Source of the DNA: an uncultured Candidatus Saccharibacteria bacterium
GTDB taxonomy: Bacteria > Patescibacteriota > Saccharimonadia > CAILAD01 > BJGX01
NCBI GenBank assembly: GCA_964637185.1
Contig: CAZWVB010000001.1
Span: forward strand, 68,539-132,538
Direction: 5' to 3'
DNA length: 64,000 bases
In this document: piece by piece, positions 9,521 through 19,563 of the stretch
Position numbering within the stretch: position 1 is the stretch's first letter
Layout: each line of letters begins with the position of its first letter
Position numbers and translations under genes: made by a program
The notes under the pieces: model-generated
The model's database searches: none
Told to the model about the DNA's origin: nothing
Seen by the model: only the letters and a program-made list of their open reading frames with translations

Positions 9521-9709
9521 ATGGCAAAGAAAACCAACCGAGCACTCTTTCGTATGGTAAACAAAGAAACAGGTAGTGTTTACTATACCCGTAAGAACTC
9601 TATCAATACTCCAGATAAGCTTGAACTCAAGAAATACGATCCCAAGATCCGCAAAGTAGCGTTATTCAAAGAGATTAAGGCTGATCTTGGCCGCAACGTC
9701 GTCAAATAA
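9521..9709 (+). CDS. rpmG: 50S ribosomal protein L33 (Cys-free form)
   Basis: YYTRKN..NTPDKLELKKYDP.IRK..LFKE. Confidence 0.93.
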   Translation: MAKKTNRALFRMVNKETGSVYYTRKNSINTPDKLELKKYDPKIRKVALFKEIKADLGRNVVK

Positions 9710-9714
9710 GTTAC

Positions 9715-9831
9715 GACCCATCCTCTTGGGATACTTCTTCGTCAAGTTCTCCGTTGCTCGTTCACTGTAGGTATACTACAGCTCGCTTTGCTACTCGAAC
9801 TTTCCTTGAATTATTCTCAAGATCAAGGGTC
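9715..9831. repeat. Long imperfect palindrome (REP/MITE-like)
   Basis: Nested arms gaccc/gggtc, tcttgggata/tattctcaaga, aagttc/gaactt and ctgtag/ctacag. Confidence 0.6.
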
Positions 9832-9905
9832 TTGATTGTTTTTGCAGTGTACTTTTGAACTTGCTCACGATTGAAAATATACATCTATCTGATACAATTG
9901 GTGTC

Positions 9906-10586
9906 ATGAAAAAATATCTTCCTACTATTCTTGTAGTCCTCGCAGTTTTAGGTGTAGTGGCATTTATTGTATGGGCATTGATGCGACCTGAACAATCTGC
10001 TGACCAGGCCAAAACTTTAAGTGCTCAGGAAACTGCAGAGCTTCAGCAGGGTCATAGCTTGGGTAATTCTGATAGCAAGGTAGTATTGACTGAGTTTGGT
10101 GACTATCAATGCCCGGCTTGTGGACAGTGGCATCCATTTATCAAGGACACAGTATTGCCAAAGTACCAAGACCGCATAAAGTTTGTGTTCAAGAACCTTC
10201 CGTTGGTGAATATTCATAAGAACGCATTGATCGCTGCTCAAGCTGCCGAGGCTGCTGCCTTGCAGGGAAAGTTTTGGGAGATGCACAACAAGCTTTATGA
10301 GACTCAAGCTCAGTGGGAGAATGATAGCAATGATCAAGCCAAGGGTAAGTTTGAAGGCTACGCACGCGAGCTAGGCCTAGATGTTGGAAGGTGGAAGAAT
10401 GACTTTGATAGTGCTCAAGTGCGGGATATTATCAAGGCCGATAGTGCCCTGGCAGACAAGCTACAGCTACCAGGCACACCAAGTTTTCTGATCAATGGCC
10501 AAATTGTTGACACTAAGAATGGATTTGAGGATCTTACCAATGCGCTCGACAAAGCTCTGGGTCAAAGCCCACAACCCAGCCAGTAA
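9906..10586 (+). CDS. DsbA-family thiol-disulfide oxidoreductase, N-terminally anchored
   Basis: EFGDYQCPAC, GKFWEMH and GTPSF motifs. Confidence 0.92.
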   Translation: MKKYLPTILVVLAVLGVVAFIVWALMRPEQSADQAKTLSAQETAELQQGHSLGNSDSKVVLTEFGDYQCPACGQWHPFIKDTVLPKYQDRIKFVFKNLPLVNIHKNALIAAQAAEAAALQGKFWEMHNKLYETQAQWENDSNDQAKGKFEGYARELGLDVGRWKNDFDSAQVRDIIKADSALADKLQLPGTPSFLINGQIVDTKNGFEDLTNALDKALGQSPQPSQ

Positions 10587-11019
10587 GTGGTTATATATTG
10601 CCCTCGGCTTAACTTCGATTGTGGGGTTGGTAGATGCTACTTATTTAACCATTACACACTATACTAAGGCACTTGTGCCTTGTTCTGTAACACATGGTTG
10701 TGAAACTGTGTTACGTAGTAGCTATGCCGAGGTATTAGGAGTCCCCATCGCTGCATTTGGTATATTATTTTATCTAGTAGTACTGGTCGTGTCGGTACAG
10801 AGTTACTTTTCTAATCGTTATACACCACTACTACCATTGTGGGCGGCAATTGGATTTCTAAGCACCCTCTACCTGCTATATATCCAAGCATTTGTACTCC
10901 ATGCCTGGTGTCAGTATTGTTTGCTTTCGGCGGCAACTTCAACCGTAATATTTGGTTTAGGCATGGTATTATGGATGGTGAATAAGGGTAAGAATAAATT
11001 GGCCGAGAAAATCGAATAA
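10540..11019 (+). CDS. Vitamin K epoxide reductase (VKOR) family protein
   Basis: PCSVTHGCETVL and WCQYC motifs; adjacent to DsbA; start uncertain. Confidence 0.9.
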   Translation: MRSTKLWVKAHNPASKWLYIALGLTSIVGLVDATYLTITHYTKALVPCSVTHGCETVLRSSYAEVLGVPIAAFGILFYLVVLVVSVQSYFSNRYTPLLPLWAAIGFLSTLYLLYIQAFVLHAWCQYCLLSAATSTVIFGLGMVLWMVNKGKNKLAEKIE

Positions 11020-11037
11020 TAACAAACAGGAGTGGTG

Positions 11038-11379
11038 ATGACAAAAAAACTAGACAACATAATTGAATTCTACGGAGAAACTTGCCCGCATTGTTTGAGC
11101 ATGAAACCAATTGTTGCTGAGCTCGAGAAAGACCGTGGCATTGAAATAACAAAGCTTGAGGTCTGGGAGCATCCGGAGAACGAAGAGCGAATGCAAAAGT
11201 ATGTAGATATTATTAGTGAAGCCTGTGGTGGGCTGCCAGGCGTGCCAAGCTTTGTAAATACTGATACCAATCAAGCTCTTTGCGGGGCGCATGACAAAGA
11301 AGATATTCTTGCATTGATAGATGGCGCTGATTGCAAAGAAAATGTCTGCAAACCCCACTCTAAGATGAAGAAAAAATAA
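11038..11379 (+). CDS. Thioredoxin-like protein
   Basis: FYGETCPHC and GVPSF motifs. Confidence 0.85.
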   Translation: MTKKLDNIIEFYGETCPHCLSMKPIVAELEKDRGIEITKLEVWEHPENEERMQKYVDIISEACGGLPGVPSFVNTDTNQALCGAHDKEDILALIDGADCKENVCKPHSKMKKK

Positions 11380-11536
11380 TGCGTAAGGCCAAGGCTCGAA
11401 AGCTACCAGCATGGACCAGCCTTAACCACCTTCGTAATCGCATGAAGGGGCTGGCAAGAAGTGTAGGTAGGCCGACCAACCAACGCGAGCTGCGTGGCCA
11501 TGAACACCCTAAAGAGCCAGATAGGAACAAAAAGTA

Positions 11537-11809
11537 GTGCGAAAGCGACTGCCCGAGTTTGCTATTGGCGGCGAGGTGCTTTGGCTAGTATTGTTTTTTG
11601 TATCTGTCTCAAGCGGTGAATTTTTCAAGAACATGGTTATTTGGATTCCAGTACTGTTAGTAGTAAATATAATTTCAGTAATACTTGCAACCATAGGGTT
11701 CTTCCATGGCAATCATAAATTAAGCATAGGCGCTATGGCAGCAGCAGGTATTGAGTTTTTGATATTCTTCATAGCAATACTTCTGGGTTTGGCAGCACAT
11801 ACTATTTAA
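11537..11809 (+). CDS. Small 3-TM membrane protein
   Basis: Hydrophobic ORF filling the gap between genes. Confidence 0.55.
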   Translation: MRKRLPEFAIGGEVLWLVLFFVSVSSGEFFKNMVIWIPVLLVVNIISVILATIGFFHGNHKLSIGAMAAAGIEFLIFFIAILLGLAAHTI

Positions 11810-11901
11810 ATAGCTTGGCAAAAGGCTATCTCTAGCCTCGAGGCGATAAGATTGCTACAATACATACATAAGCGTATTAAACAGGAAGGTGACGAACTAA
11901 T

Positions 11902-12957
11902 ATGACACGTGTGGCAATCAATGGTTTTGGTCGTATCGGGCGTAATGCATTTAAGATAGCATTTGAGAAGGATGATCTTGAGATAGTCGCCATCAACGAT
12001 CTCACCGACAATAAAACCCTGGCCTACTTACTCAAACATGACAGTAACTATGGCGAGTATCACAAAGATGTTAGCTACGACGACAATAACTTGATTATTG
12101 GAGATTACGACGCTAATGATGATAAGGTTCGTCAAACTACGATCCCTGTATTTGAGGAAATGGACCCAGCTAAACTTCCTTGGGCCAAACTAAATGTCGA
12201 TATTGTAATTGAGTCAACTGGTCATTTTACGGACGCGGCTGGCGCATCGCTACATATTAAGGCAGGCGCCAAGAAAGTGATAATATCAGCGCCAGCAAAG
12301 GGCAACGATAGCAAGGTACGGACACATGTAATTGGAGTAAATGATAGTGATATTGATCATGCAACCAGCGTTATATCCAACGCATCTTGTACAACGAATT
12401 GCATCACTCCGGTGGCAGCGGTAATAGAAAAGGCTTTGGGTATTGAAAAAGCTATGATGACCACTGTCCACAGCTATACAGCGAGTCAAGCTTTGCAAGA
12501 CGGTCCAGCCAAAGATATTCGTGAAAGTCGTGCAGCTGCTGAGAATATCGTGCCTACAACCACAGGGGCAACTATTGCGGCAGCACAAGCTTTGCCAGCA
12601 CTTGAGGGAGTGTTTACTGGTTTGAGTATACGTGTTCCTACTCCGGTGGTGTCCTTGTCCGACTTTACCTTCCTAACCAAGAAGGACACTACTATTGAAG
12701 AGGTCAATCTGCTAATCAAACAGGCAACTGACACGCCACGGCTCAAAGGCATTCTGAACTGGACCGAAGAGGAGCTTGTTAGTACTGACTTTATTGGTGA
12801 CCCCCATAGTGCTATAGCAGATCTTAACTTAACAAATGTGGTTGGTGGCAATATGGTAAAGGTAGTGGCTTGGTATGACAACGAATGGGGTTACTCCAAC
12901 CGTTTGGTGGAGATGGTCGAGTTGGTTGGAAAAACCTTAACTGGCAAGAAACAGTAG
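11902..12957 (+). CDS. gap: Type I glyceraldehyde-3-phosphate dehydrogenase
   Basis: INGFGRIGR, SNASCTTNC and WYDNEWGYS motifs. Confidence 0.97.
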   Translation: MTRVAINGFGRIGRNAFKIAFEKDDLEIVAINDLTDNKTLAYLLKHDSNYGEYHKDVSYDDNNLIIGDYDANDDKVRQTTIPVFEEMDPAKLPWAKLNVDIVIESTGHFTDAAGASLHIKAGAKKVIISAPAKGNDSKVRTHVIGVNDSDIDHATSVISNASCTTNCITPVAAVIEKALGIEKAMMTTVHSYTASQALQDGPAKDIRESRAAAENIVPTTTGATIAAAQALPALEGVFTGLSIRVPTPVVSLSDFTFLTKKDTTIEEVNLLIKQATDTPRLKGILNWTEEELVSTDFIGDPHSAIADLNLTNVVGGNMVKVVAWYDNEWGYSNRLVEMVELVGKTLTGKKQ

Positions 12958-12959
12958 TA

Positions 12960-13406
12960 ATGAAAGTCTACATTGCATCTGACCATGCTGGCTTTGTAAA
13001 GAAGAACGAGCTGACTGAAGAGTTGAGCTCACGCTACAATATGGTTGATCTAGGCCCAGACACCCTCGATCCAACCGACGATTATCCTGTCTATGCTGAA
13101 AAAGTAGCCAAGGCAGTAGCTGCCGAGCCGGGCAGCTTTGGGATCCTGCTTTGTCGTAGTGGTGAGGGTATGGAGATCGCTGCCAACAAGGTTGATGGAG
13201 CTCGAGCAGCCTTGGTCTGGAAGCCTCATCTAGCTGCAGAAACCCGCAGTGACAATGATAGTAATATATTGGTATTTGCTAGTGGTGAACACAATATTGA
13301 TGAGATGTCAGAGATTGCCGAAGTGTTCTTGACTACACCGTTTTCGCACGCTGCCAGGCACGAGCGCCGGTTGGGTGAGATTGAGGAGATCGAAGGGAAC
13401 AAATGA
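12960..13406 (+). CDS. rpiB: Ribose-5-phosphate isomerase B
   Basis: SDHAG, DDYP, CRSGEG, ANK and RHERR motifs. Confidence 0.92.
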   Translation: MKVYIASDHAGFVKKNELTEELSSRYNMVDLGPDTLDPTDDYPVYAEKVAKAVAAEPGSFGILLCRSGEGMEIAANKVDGARAALVWKPHLAAETRSDNDSNILVFASGEHNIDEMSEIAEVFLTTPFSHAARHERRLGEIEEIEGNK

Positions 13407-14035
13407 CTCGAATCGTACCAGCTATATTGACTGCCGATCGTTCAACGCTGGTGTCTCAACTCAACTTAGTTCGCCAGCTGACTTCACGTGTCCAAATTGA
13501 TTGCATTGATACTAGTTTTGTAGATAACGCGACTGTACCGATTGCCGAGCTACCTAAGCCGATCGATACAAAGGTAGATTTAGATATTATGAGCCGGGAG
13601 ACTCCGAAAGTAGTGGAACAGGCTGTTTCATACGGACCACAGCTGATAATAGTACATTTTGAACTGGTTGATGACCTTGCACCCATAATAGCTCGTGTAA
13701 AAAAAGCCGGCATCCAGTTGGGTCTAGCTATTGACCCCGATACAACTGTAAAACAAATCAAGCCATTTTTGGATGAGCTTGATGCTGTTGTAATCATGGG
13801 TTATCCGGCAGGGTTTGCTGGGCAAAAGTTCCAGCCAGATGTTTTACAAAAAGTTGAGCAGTTGCGCACAATCAACAACGACGTAGAGATAAGCCTTGAT
13901 GGCGGGACTAGCCTTACGACAATCGCTAAAATATGTGCTACCAATTTAGATATTGCATATGCCAACTCGGCTTTGTTTGCTGCACAAGATCCACTAACAA
14001 GCTATTCAGAACTAATGGAGAAGTGCGGCATATGA
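13403..14035 (+). CDS. rpe: Ribulose-phosphate 3-epimerase (divergent)
   Basis: IVPAIL, MGYPAGFAGQKF and LDGG motifs; operon context. Confidence 0.85.
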   Translation: MTRIVPAILTADRSTLVSQLNLVRQLTSRVQIDCIDTSFVDNATVPIAELPKPIDTKVDLDIMSRETPKVVEQAVSYGPQLIIVHFELVDDLAPIIARVKKAGIQLGLAIDPDTTVKQIKPFLDELDAVVIMGYPAGFAGQKFQPDVLQKVEQLRTINNDVEISLDGGTSLTTIAKICATNLDIAYANSALFAAQDPLTSYSELMEKCGI

Positions 14036-14907
14036 AAGTAAAACAGCTTGAGCTTCAAGCCAATCAAATACGACAAGACATCATCAAGATGTTGATTGCT
14101 GCTGGTAGTGGGCATAGTGCTGGTCCACTAGGGATGGCAGATGTATTGACGGCACTATACTTTGTGGTACTCAATCACGATCCCAAAAGGCCAAGCTGGC
14201 CCGATCGTGATAGATTAGTATTAAGCAATGGTCACATCAACCCTGTTCTTTATGCTGCAATGGCTCGATCCGGGTATTTCCCCGTTAAAGAACTTATGAG
14301 TTTGCGCAAGTTTGGGAGCCGATTGCAAGGGCATCCGGAGCGTGTACGATTGCCAGGTCTTGAAACTACTAGTGGCCCACTCGGGTCTGGCCTCAGCCAG
14401 GCTGCTGGTATGGCGCTGGGCCTGCGGATGGATGGTAGTAAGTTGCAGCGAGTATATTGTTTGACGTCCGATGGCGAACACGATGAGGGTAATACGTGGG
14501 AGGCCGCTATGTTTGCTGGCAAAAACAAGCTCAATAATCTGACGATGATCGTGGATCGCAATAATATCCAGATAGATGGTTATACTGAGAATATTATGCC
14601 GCTAGAGCCTTTTGCTATGAAGTATCAAGCATTTAACTGGCATGTCATAGAAGTAGACGGCCACAACTTTGAAGAGATTGTGGCAGCTTGCGATCAGGCC
14701 AAAGCTATTTTTGAAAAGCCTACATGTATAATCGCACATACAATTCCTGGCAAGGGTGTAGACTATATGGAATATGATTTTCATTGGCATGGCCACCCGC
14801 CTGGGGTGCAGGATGAGGTAGGGGCACCACCCAAAGATCAACAAGATAGGGTGGCATTGGAGCGCTTACGGACTCTCAACGGCCGGATCCGATCGGAGCA
14901 CGAATGA
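14032..14907 (+). CDS. Transketolase N-terminal subunit
   Basis: GSGH, DRLVLSNGH, LQGHP and SDGEHDEG (TPP-binding) motifs. Confidence 0.93.
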   Translation: MKVKQLELQANQIRQDIIKMLIAAGSGHSAGPLGMADVLTALYFVVLNHDPKRPSWPDRDRLVLSNGHINPVLYAAMARSGYFPVKELMSLRKFGSRLQGHPERVRLPGLETTSGPLGSGLSQAAGMALGLRMDGSKLQRVYCLTSDGEHDEGNTWEAAMFAGKNKLNNLTMIVDRNNIQIDGYTENIMPLEPFAMKYQAFNWHVIEVDGHNFEEIVAACDQAKAIFEKPTCIIAHTIPGKGVDYMEYDFHWHGHPPGVQDEVGAPPKDQQDRVALERLRTLNGRIRSEHE

Positions 14908-15881
14908 ATCTAGTAAAGTCACAACAGCTTACAAATAAGCTTTTTCATGAGGACATTGAAATGGTACCGATCAGAAAAGGTTTTGGCGAGGGGCTGCTTG
15001 CTGCCGGCGAAGCCGACAAAACAATCGTGGCACTCTGTGCTGATTTAACCGAATCTACGCAAATGGAGGCTTTTGCACAAGCCTATCCGGAGCGTTATGT
15101 TGAGATTGGCGTAGCTGAGCAGAATCTAGTCACAGTTGCTTCTGGATTGGCGGCCGTTGGTAAAAAGCCGTTTGTTACTAGCTATGCCGGATTCAGCCCT
15201 GGTCGCAACTGGGAGCAGATACGAACCACGATTTGTTTGAATCAGCAAAACGTTAAAATCGTGGGATCACATGCGGGAGTATCTGTTGGCCCCGATGGAG
15301 CCACCCACCAAATGCTAGAAGACATAGCTCTAATGCGTGTGCTGCCTAACATGGTAGTGGTTGTGCCCTGTGATGCCAATGAAGCTCGTAAGGCAACATT
15401 GGCTTTTGCCAAGACCAAAACTCCAGCCTACCTGCGATTGGCACGTGACAAAACTGCTGTTGTTACGACCGAGCAATCACCATTTGAGATTGGCAGGGCC
15501 AATGTGCTTTGCGAAGGAAGCGATCTTACGATTGTGGCATGTGGGCCGCTTGTGTACGAAGCCTTGTTGGCAGCCAAGAAGCTTTTGCCAAAGTACAGCA
15601 TCGAAGTAATCAACTGTCATACTGTCAAACCACTTGATGATAAGACTATTCTTAAGAGTGTCAAAAAGACAGGGTGTGTGTTGAGCGTCGAAGAAGCTCA
15701 ATCAGCCGGTGGCCTGGGTGGAGCAATCGCAGAACTATTAAGCGACAAGTTGCCAGCACCCCTAAAGCGCATAGGTGTGCAGGACCAGTTCGGCCAGTCT
15801 GGTACTGTTGCCGAGCTGTGGCAGCACTATAAGCTAGATGCTGAAGCAATAGCAAATACCGCAAGAGGATTGATCAAATGA
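14904..15881 (+). CDS. Transketolase C-terminal subunit
   Basis: GVAEQN, GPDGATHQ and VKPLD motifs. Confidence 0.93.
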   Translation: MNLVKSQQLTNKLFHEDIEMVPIRKGFGEGLLAAGEADKTIVALCADLTESTQMEAFAQAYPERYVEIGVAEQNLVTVASGLAAVGKKPFVTSYAGFSPGRNWEQIRTTICLNQQNVKIVGSHAGVSVGPDGATHQMLEDIALMRVLPNMVVVVPCDANEARKATLAFAKTKTPAYLRLARDKTAVVTTEQSPFEIGRANVLCEGSDLTIVACGPLVYEALLAAKKLLPKYSIEVINCHTVKPLDDKTILKSVKKTGCVLSVEEAQSAGGLGGAIAELLSDKLPAPLKRIGVQDQFGQSGTVAELWQHYKLDAEAIANTARGLIK

Positions 15882-16861
15882 TCAAACCATTGGTAATATA
15901 CGGCGCCTCTCGTGCTGAAGTATTTGCTGTCTCCCGTCGTATGAAGCCAGAAAAACACGAGCGCCGCAAACTGATTGTATTTGAACATGAGCATGATGTG
16001 TGGCTCGATAACGCCATAGTCGAAGTTGGTGGCGGTGGGCTAATTGGCGCCATGGTGGCCATACGTCAAGGCATAAAACCAATATTGGTAAGTAAAATTG
16101 GCAACGACACTGTTGGGAAAATGATACTAGCTAGTTTGGAAGATGATCATATTTCTACAAACCACATTGTGCAAGATTCTAAGCATCATAGTGATATGAA
16201 TGTTCATCTTACTATGAGTGGACGTGAGCAGACTTTATTACGATTCAACGGGTCATTCTTATCGTTATATAGCAAAAATACTGTAATGCCAAAAGTAAGC
16301 CGAGGTTACTTATATATAGCCACTTTGCCACCTGAGCTTAGCCAGCTTAAGGCGCTTTTGCAATGGGCCAGCCAGCAACACATGACAACAATTATTAGGG
16401 CTCACGATGTACATTTGGTAAAGTCACATAAGTTAATGGATCTGCTTGGCCAGGCTCATATGATTATTATGAATCGTGACGAGCTAAGTTTGCTGCTAGG
16501 TGGCTACTTTGAGTCCAAAGAGTTGATAGCTCGTGCCTACAATGTGGGCTTACGCAATATAGCAATATTTGATGGGGTTGAGGGCTATTTTGTCTTAAGC
16601 GAGACCGTAGCGATCGAGATGGCTGGGAACAAGAAGATCAAACCGCTCGAAAACACTGGTGTTGAAGAAAGTTTTGCAGCTATGTTTGTAAGTGCGCTAG
16701 TACTTGGACAATCGCCCGAACAATCGTTATTGATTGCTGCCACTCAAGCTGATGCTGCCATGACAGTTGTTGGAACTCGTTCGGCGCTCTTAAGAAAACC
16801 AGTAGTAAAAGCACGTAAGCTTAAACAGTACCAGCTACAAGATCAAGGAGATAAACTATGA
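15878..16861 (+). CDS. Degenerate PfkB-family carbohydrate kinase-like protein
   Basis: GGG, SKIGND..G and MNRDE motifs; ENTGVEESF replaces DxxGAGD. Confidence 0.7.
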   Translation: MIKPLVIYGASRAEVFAVSRRMKPEKHERRKLIVFEHEHDVWLDNAIVEVGGGGLIGAMVAIRQGIKPILVSKIGNDTVGKMILASLEDDHISTNHIVQDSKHHSDMNVHLTMSGREQTLLRFNGSFLSLYSKNTVMPKVSRGYLYIATLPPELSQLKALLQWASQQHMTTIIRAHDVHLVKSHKLMDLLGQAHMIIMNRDELSLLLGGYFESKELIARAYNVGLRNIAIFDGVEGYFVLSETVAIEMAGNKKIKPLENTGVEESFAAMFVSALVLGQSPEQSLLIAATQADAAMTVVGTRSALLRKPVVKARKLKQYQLQDQGDKL

Positions 16862-17865
16862 AACATCATTTGGAAATGTTGGCAATTGGCGATGTGGTAA
16901 CTGATGCTTTTATAGAGTTATTACCGACCGAGGCCAAGCTGTCGCAAGATAGTCATAGGCATCCACTGCTTTGTATGAGTTACGGTACAAAGATCCCGTT
17001 TCAAGAAGAAATTACGGTCAATGGAGTGGGGAATGCCCCAAATGCCGCCGTTGCTTGGGCAAAACTCGACTTTAGCTCAGCACTTATGAGTAATATTGGC
17101 AACGATCAAGTCGGACAAGACATATTGCACGCTTTGATTGATCACAAAGTATCGACGGAGTTTATACGTATACATGCCAATAAGGTCAGTAATTATCACT
17201 ACGTGTTGTGGTACAAGAGTGATCGTACAATTTTGATAAAACACGAAGCATACAACTATGCTTGGCCGCACATAAGCGAATATCAGCGGCCCGAGTGGAT
17301 TTACCTAAGTTCGGTTGGCGAAGCTGGTTTTGATATGCACCAAAAGCTCGAGCATTACATCGACAAGAACCCGTCTGTGAAACTAGTATTTCAGCCCGGC
17401 ACTTTCCAAATACGAGCCGGACAAGCAAAACTTAAAAAGCTGTATCAACAAACAGAGATATTTGCTGCCAACAAAGAAGAATTCCAGCAAATACTTGATA
17501 ATAATACTAGTGACGAGAAGCGACTAATTGCTAAGATGCACGAACTTGGGCCCAAAACCGTTCTTTTAACTGATGGACCCAAAGGAGCATTTGCATCGGA
17601 TGGCAACCAGCTGATGTTTATGGCACCATACCCTGACCCTAAACCACCACTTGATAGGACAGGAGCCGGCGACTGTTACGCCAGTACGTTTGCGGCAGCT
17701 ACGGCACTTGGCAAAGATTTGTCTGAAGCTTTAGCATGGGCGGGGGTAAACTCCATGAGTGTTGTGCAAGAAATAGGTGCTCAGGCTGGCTTACTCAATC
17801 GTACTGCTATAGCAAAACTACTTAAGTCGGCGCCTACAAGCTACAAGGCCAAACAAATAAAGTAA
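16858..17865 (+). CDS. PfkB-family carbohydrate kinase
   Basis: GNAPNAA, TDGPKGA and DRTGAGD motifs. Confidence 0.9.
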   Translation: MKHHLEMLAIGDVVTDAFIELLPTEAKLSQDSHRHPLLCMSYGTKIPFQEEITVNGVGNAPNAAVAWAKLDFSSALMSNIGNDQVGQDILHALIDHKVSTEFIRIHANKVSNYHYVLWYKSDRTILIKHEAYNYAWPHISEYQRPEWIYLSSVGEAGFDMHQKLEHYIDKNPSVKLVFQPGTFQIRAGQAKLKKLYQQTEIFAANKEEFQQILDNNTSDEKRLIAKMHELGPKTVLLTDGPKGAFASDGNQLMFMAPYPDPKPPLDRTGAGDCYASTFAAATALGKDLSEALAWAGVNSMSVVQEIGAQAGLLNRTAIAKLLKSAPTSYKAKQIK

Positions 17866-17910
17866 TGCTTATACTTACAGACGGGGCCTACGACTTGGTA
17901 TAATACGCTT

Positions 17911-18855
17911 ATGTCTCAACACGTGGACTACGATCTTGTAATTATTGGAGCTGGACCTGCTGGCATGACAGCTGGGGTATATGCTGCACGTAAACAACTC
18001 AAAACTCTCATACTGAGTCGCGATATCGGTGGCCAGGCAGCATGGAGTAGTGACATTGAGAACTATCTTGGGTTTAGTATGGTTACTGGCACTCAGCTTG
18101 TGGAAAAGTTTCACGAACATCTTGAACAGTTCAAAGACACTGTTGAGCTGCACCTTGTTACTCAAGGGGTTCAGTCGCTCAAGAAATCGGGCTCAAACTT
18201 TATATTGGTTTATGGCGACAACAAGAAAGTAGTAACATCGGCAGTGATAATTGCCGGGGGCAAACTACCGCGTGAGCTTGGCGTGAAGGGTGAGCATGAA
18301 TATTTGAATCGAGGTGTAACTTACTGTGCCTGGTGCGATGGCCCTCTATTCCGAGGTAAAGACATTGCAATCATAGGTGGGGGTAATGCTGCATTGGATG
18401 CCGCGCTCAATGTTGCTAAGATGGTTAAACAAATTTACATAGTCAATAATCTTTCCAAGCTAACAGCTGACCCAGTGATGGTAGATAAGGCCCAAGAAGC
18501 GCTCAACATAAGGATTATGAATGAAACCGAAGTGGTAGAAATCCAAGGTGACAAGCTGGTTAAAGATATAGTTATCAAACACGGTCACAGTAGCGCCAGT
18601 AAGAAACTTCCTGTCGAAGGTGTATTCGTAGAGATTGGTAGCGTACCGGCCACCAACTATCTCAGAGGAGTTGTTAAACTAAATCGCGCCGGTGAAATAG
18701 TAATTGATGAGCAGAATATGACCAACATACCTGGAGTATTCGCGGCTGGTGATATCACTACGGTACTTGAGAAGCAAATAATCACCGCTGCCGGTGAGGG
18801 CGCCAAGGCTGCTATCCAAGCCAGTCAGTATCTAGCCAAGCGAGATAATAGTTAA
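17911..18855 (+). CDS. trxB: Thioredoxin-disulfide reductase
   Basis: GAGPAG, CAWCDG, GGGNAA and GVFAAGD motifs. Confidence 0.88.
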   Translation: MSQHVDYDLVIIGAGPAGMTAGVYAARKQLKTLILSRDIGGQAAWSSDIENYLGFSMVTGTQLVEKFHEHLEQFKDTVELHLVTQGVQSLKKSGSNFILVYGDNKKVVTSAVIIAGGKLPRELGVKGEHEYLNRGVTYCAWCDGPLFRGKDIAIIGGGNAALDAALNVAKMVKQIYIVNNLSKLTADPVMVDKAQEALNIRIMNETEVVEIQGDKLVKDIVIKHGHSSASKKLPVEGVFVEIGSVPATNYLRGVVKLNRAGEIVIDEQNMTNIPGVFAAGDITTVLEKQIITAAGEGAKAAIQASQYLAKRDNS

Positions 18856-18869
18856 TATAATAAAACGTC

Positions 18870-19214
18870 ATGGCACCAAAGAAACCACAACCAATCGACG
18901 GACTCGTTTTACAGCGTAAGGCTACTAAACCAACCAAGCCTGTCTCTATTACTACCAAGGCTGAGCGCCAGGCCGCGGTGGTAAGAGCAAATCAGCCCAA
19001 GAAGTCGGTGGCAAGCAGAACGGTTGATGATAAAACAACCAAGCCAGTGGCACCCAAACCAAGCCTCACGAATCCTGCGAAACCAAGTACGGATACTGTG
19101 CCTGTTGAGGCTAAGTCGTCGAAGGGCAAGTGGATTATAGTGGTAGTAGTTTCTGTAATTGTGGTGGTGGTAGTAATTGGTATATTACTGATACTATTTA
19201 ACTCGACGTTATAG
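18870..19214 (+). CDS. K/P-rich protein with a C-terminal TM anchor
   Basis: Low-complexity basic body ending in a hydrophobic tail; TATAAT upstream. Confidence 0.65.
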   Translation: MAPKKPQPIDGLVLQRKATKPTKPVSITTKAERQAAVVRANQPKKSVASRTVDDKTTKPVAPKPSLTNPAKPSTDTVPVEAKSSKGKWIIVVVVSVIVVVVVIGILLILFNSTL

Positions 19215-19251
19215 TAAGTTTGGTATAATTGTTACAAAAGGAGAATACATT

Positions 19252-19500
19252 ATGAGCGATACATCTGCCGATAAGGCTATTATTTATACTACCCCATGGT
19301 GTCAGTTCTGTAAGCACGTCGAAGCATATCTCGACGAGCAAAAGTTTCCGTACGAGAAGATAGATGTGTCGGCTGACCAAGCTAAGGCTCAGGAGATGAT
19401 TGATAAGTCTGGGCAAATGGGTGTGCCAGTGACTGAGATCAAAGGCGAAATAATTGTTGGCTGGGACAAACCCAAGTTTGAAACCCTATTTGCCAAGTAA
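19252..19500 (+). CDS. Glutaredoxin-like protein (NrdH/YruB type)
   Basis: YTTPWCQFC, SGQMGVP and IVGWD motifs. Confidence 0.9.
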   Translation: MSDTSADKAIIYTTPWCQFCKHVEAYLDEQKFPYEKIDVSADQAKAQEMIDKSGQMGVPVTEIKGEIIVGWDKPKFETLFAK

Positions 19501-19563
19501 CTCAATTTGACTAGTTGTAACATAAGAAGTTACCATAAGGACAATCTTAATTGGTAGCTATTT

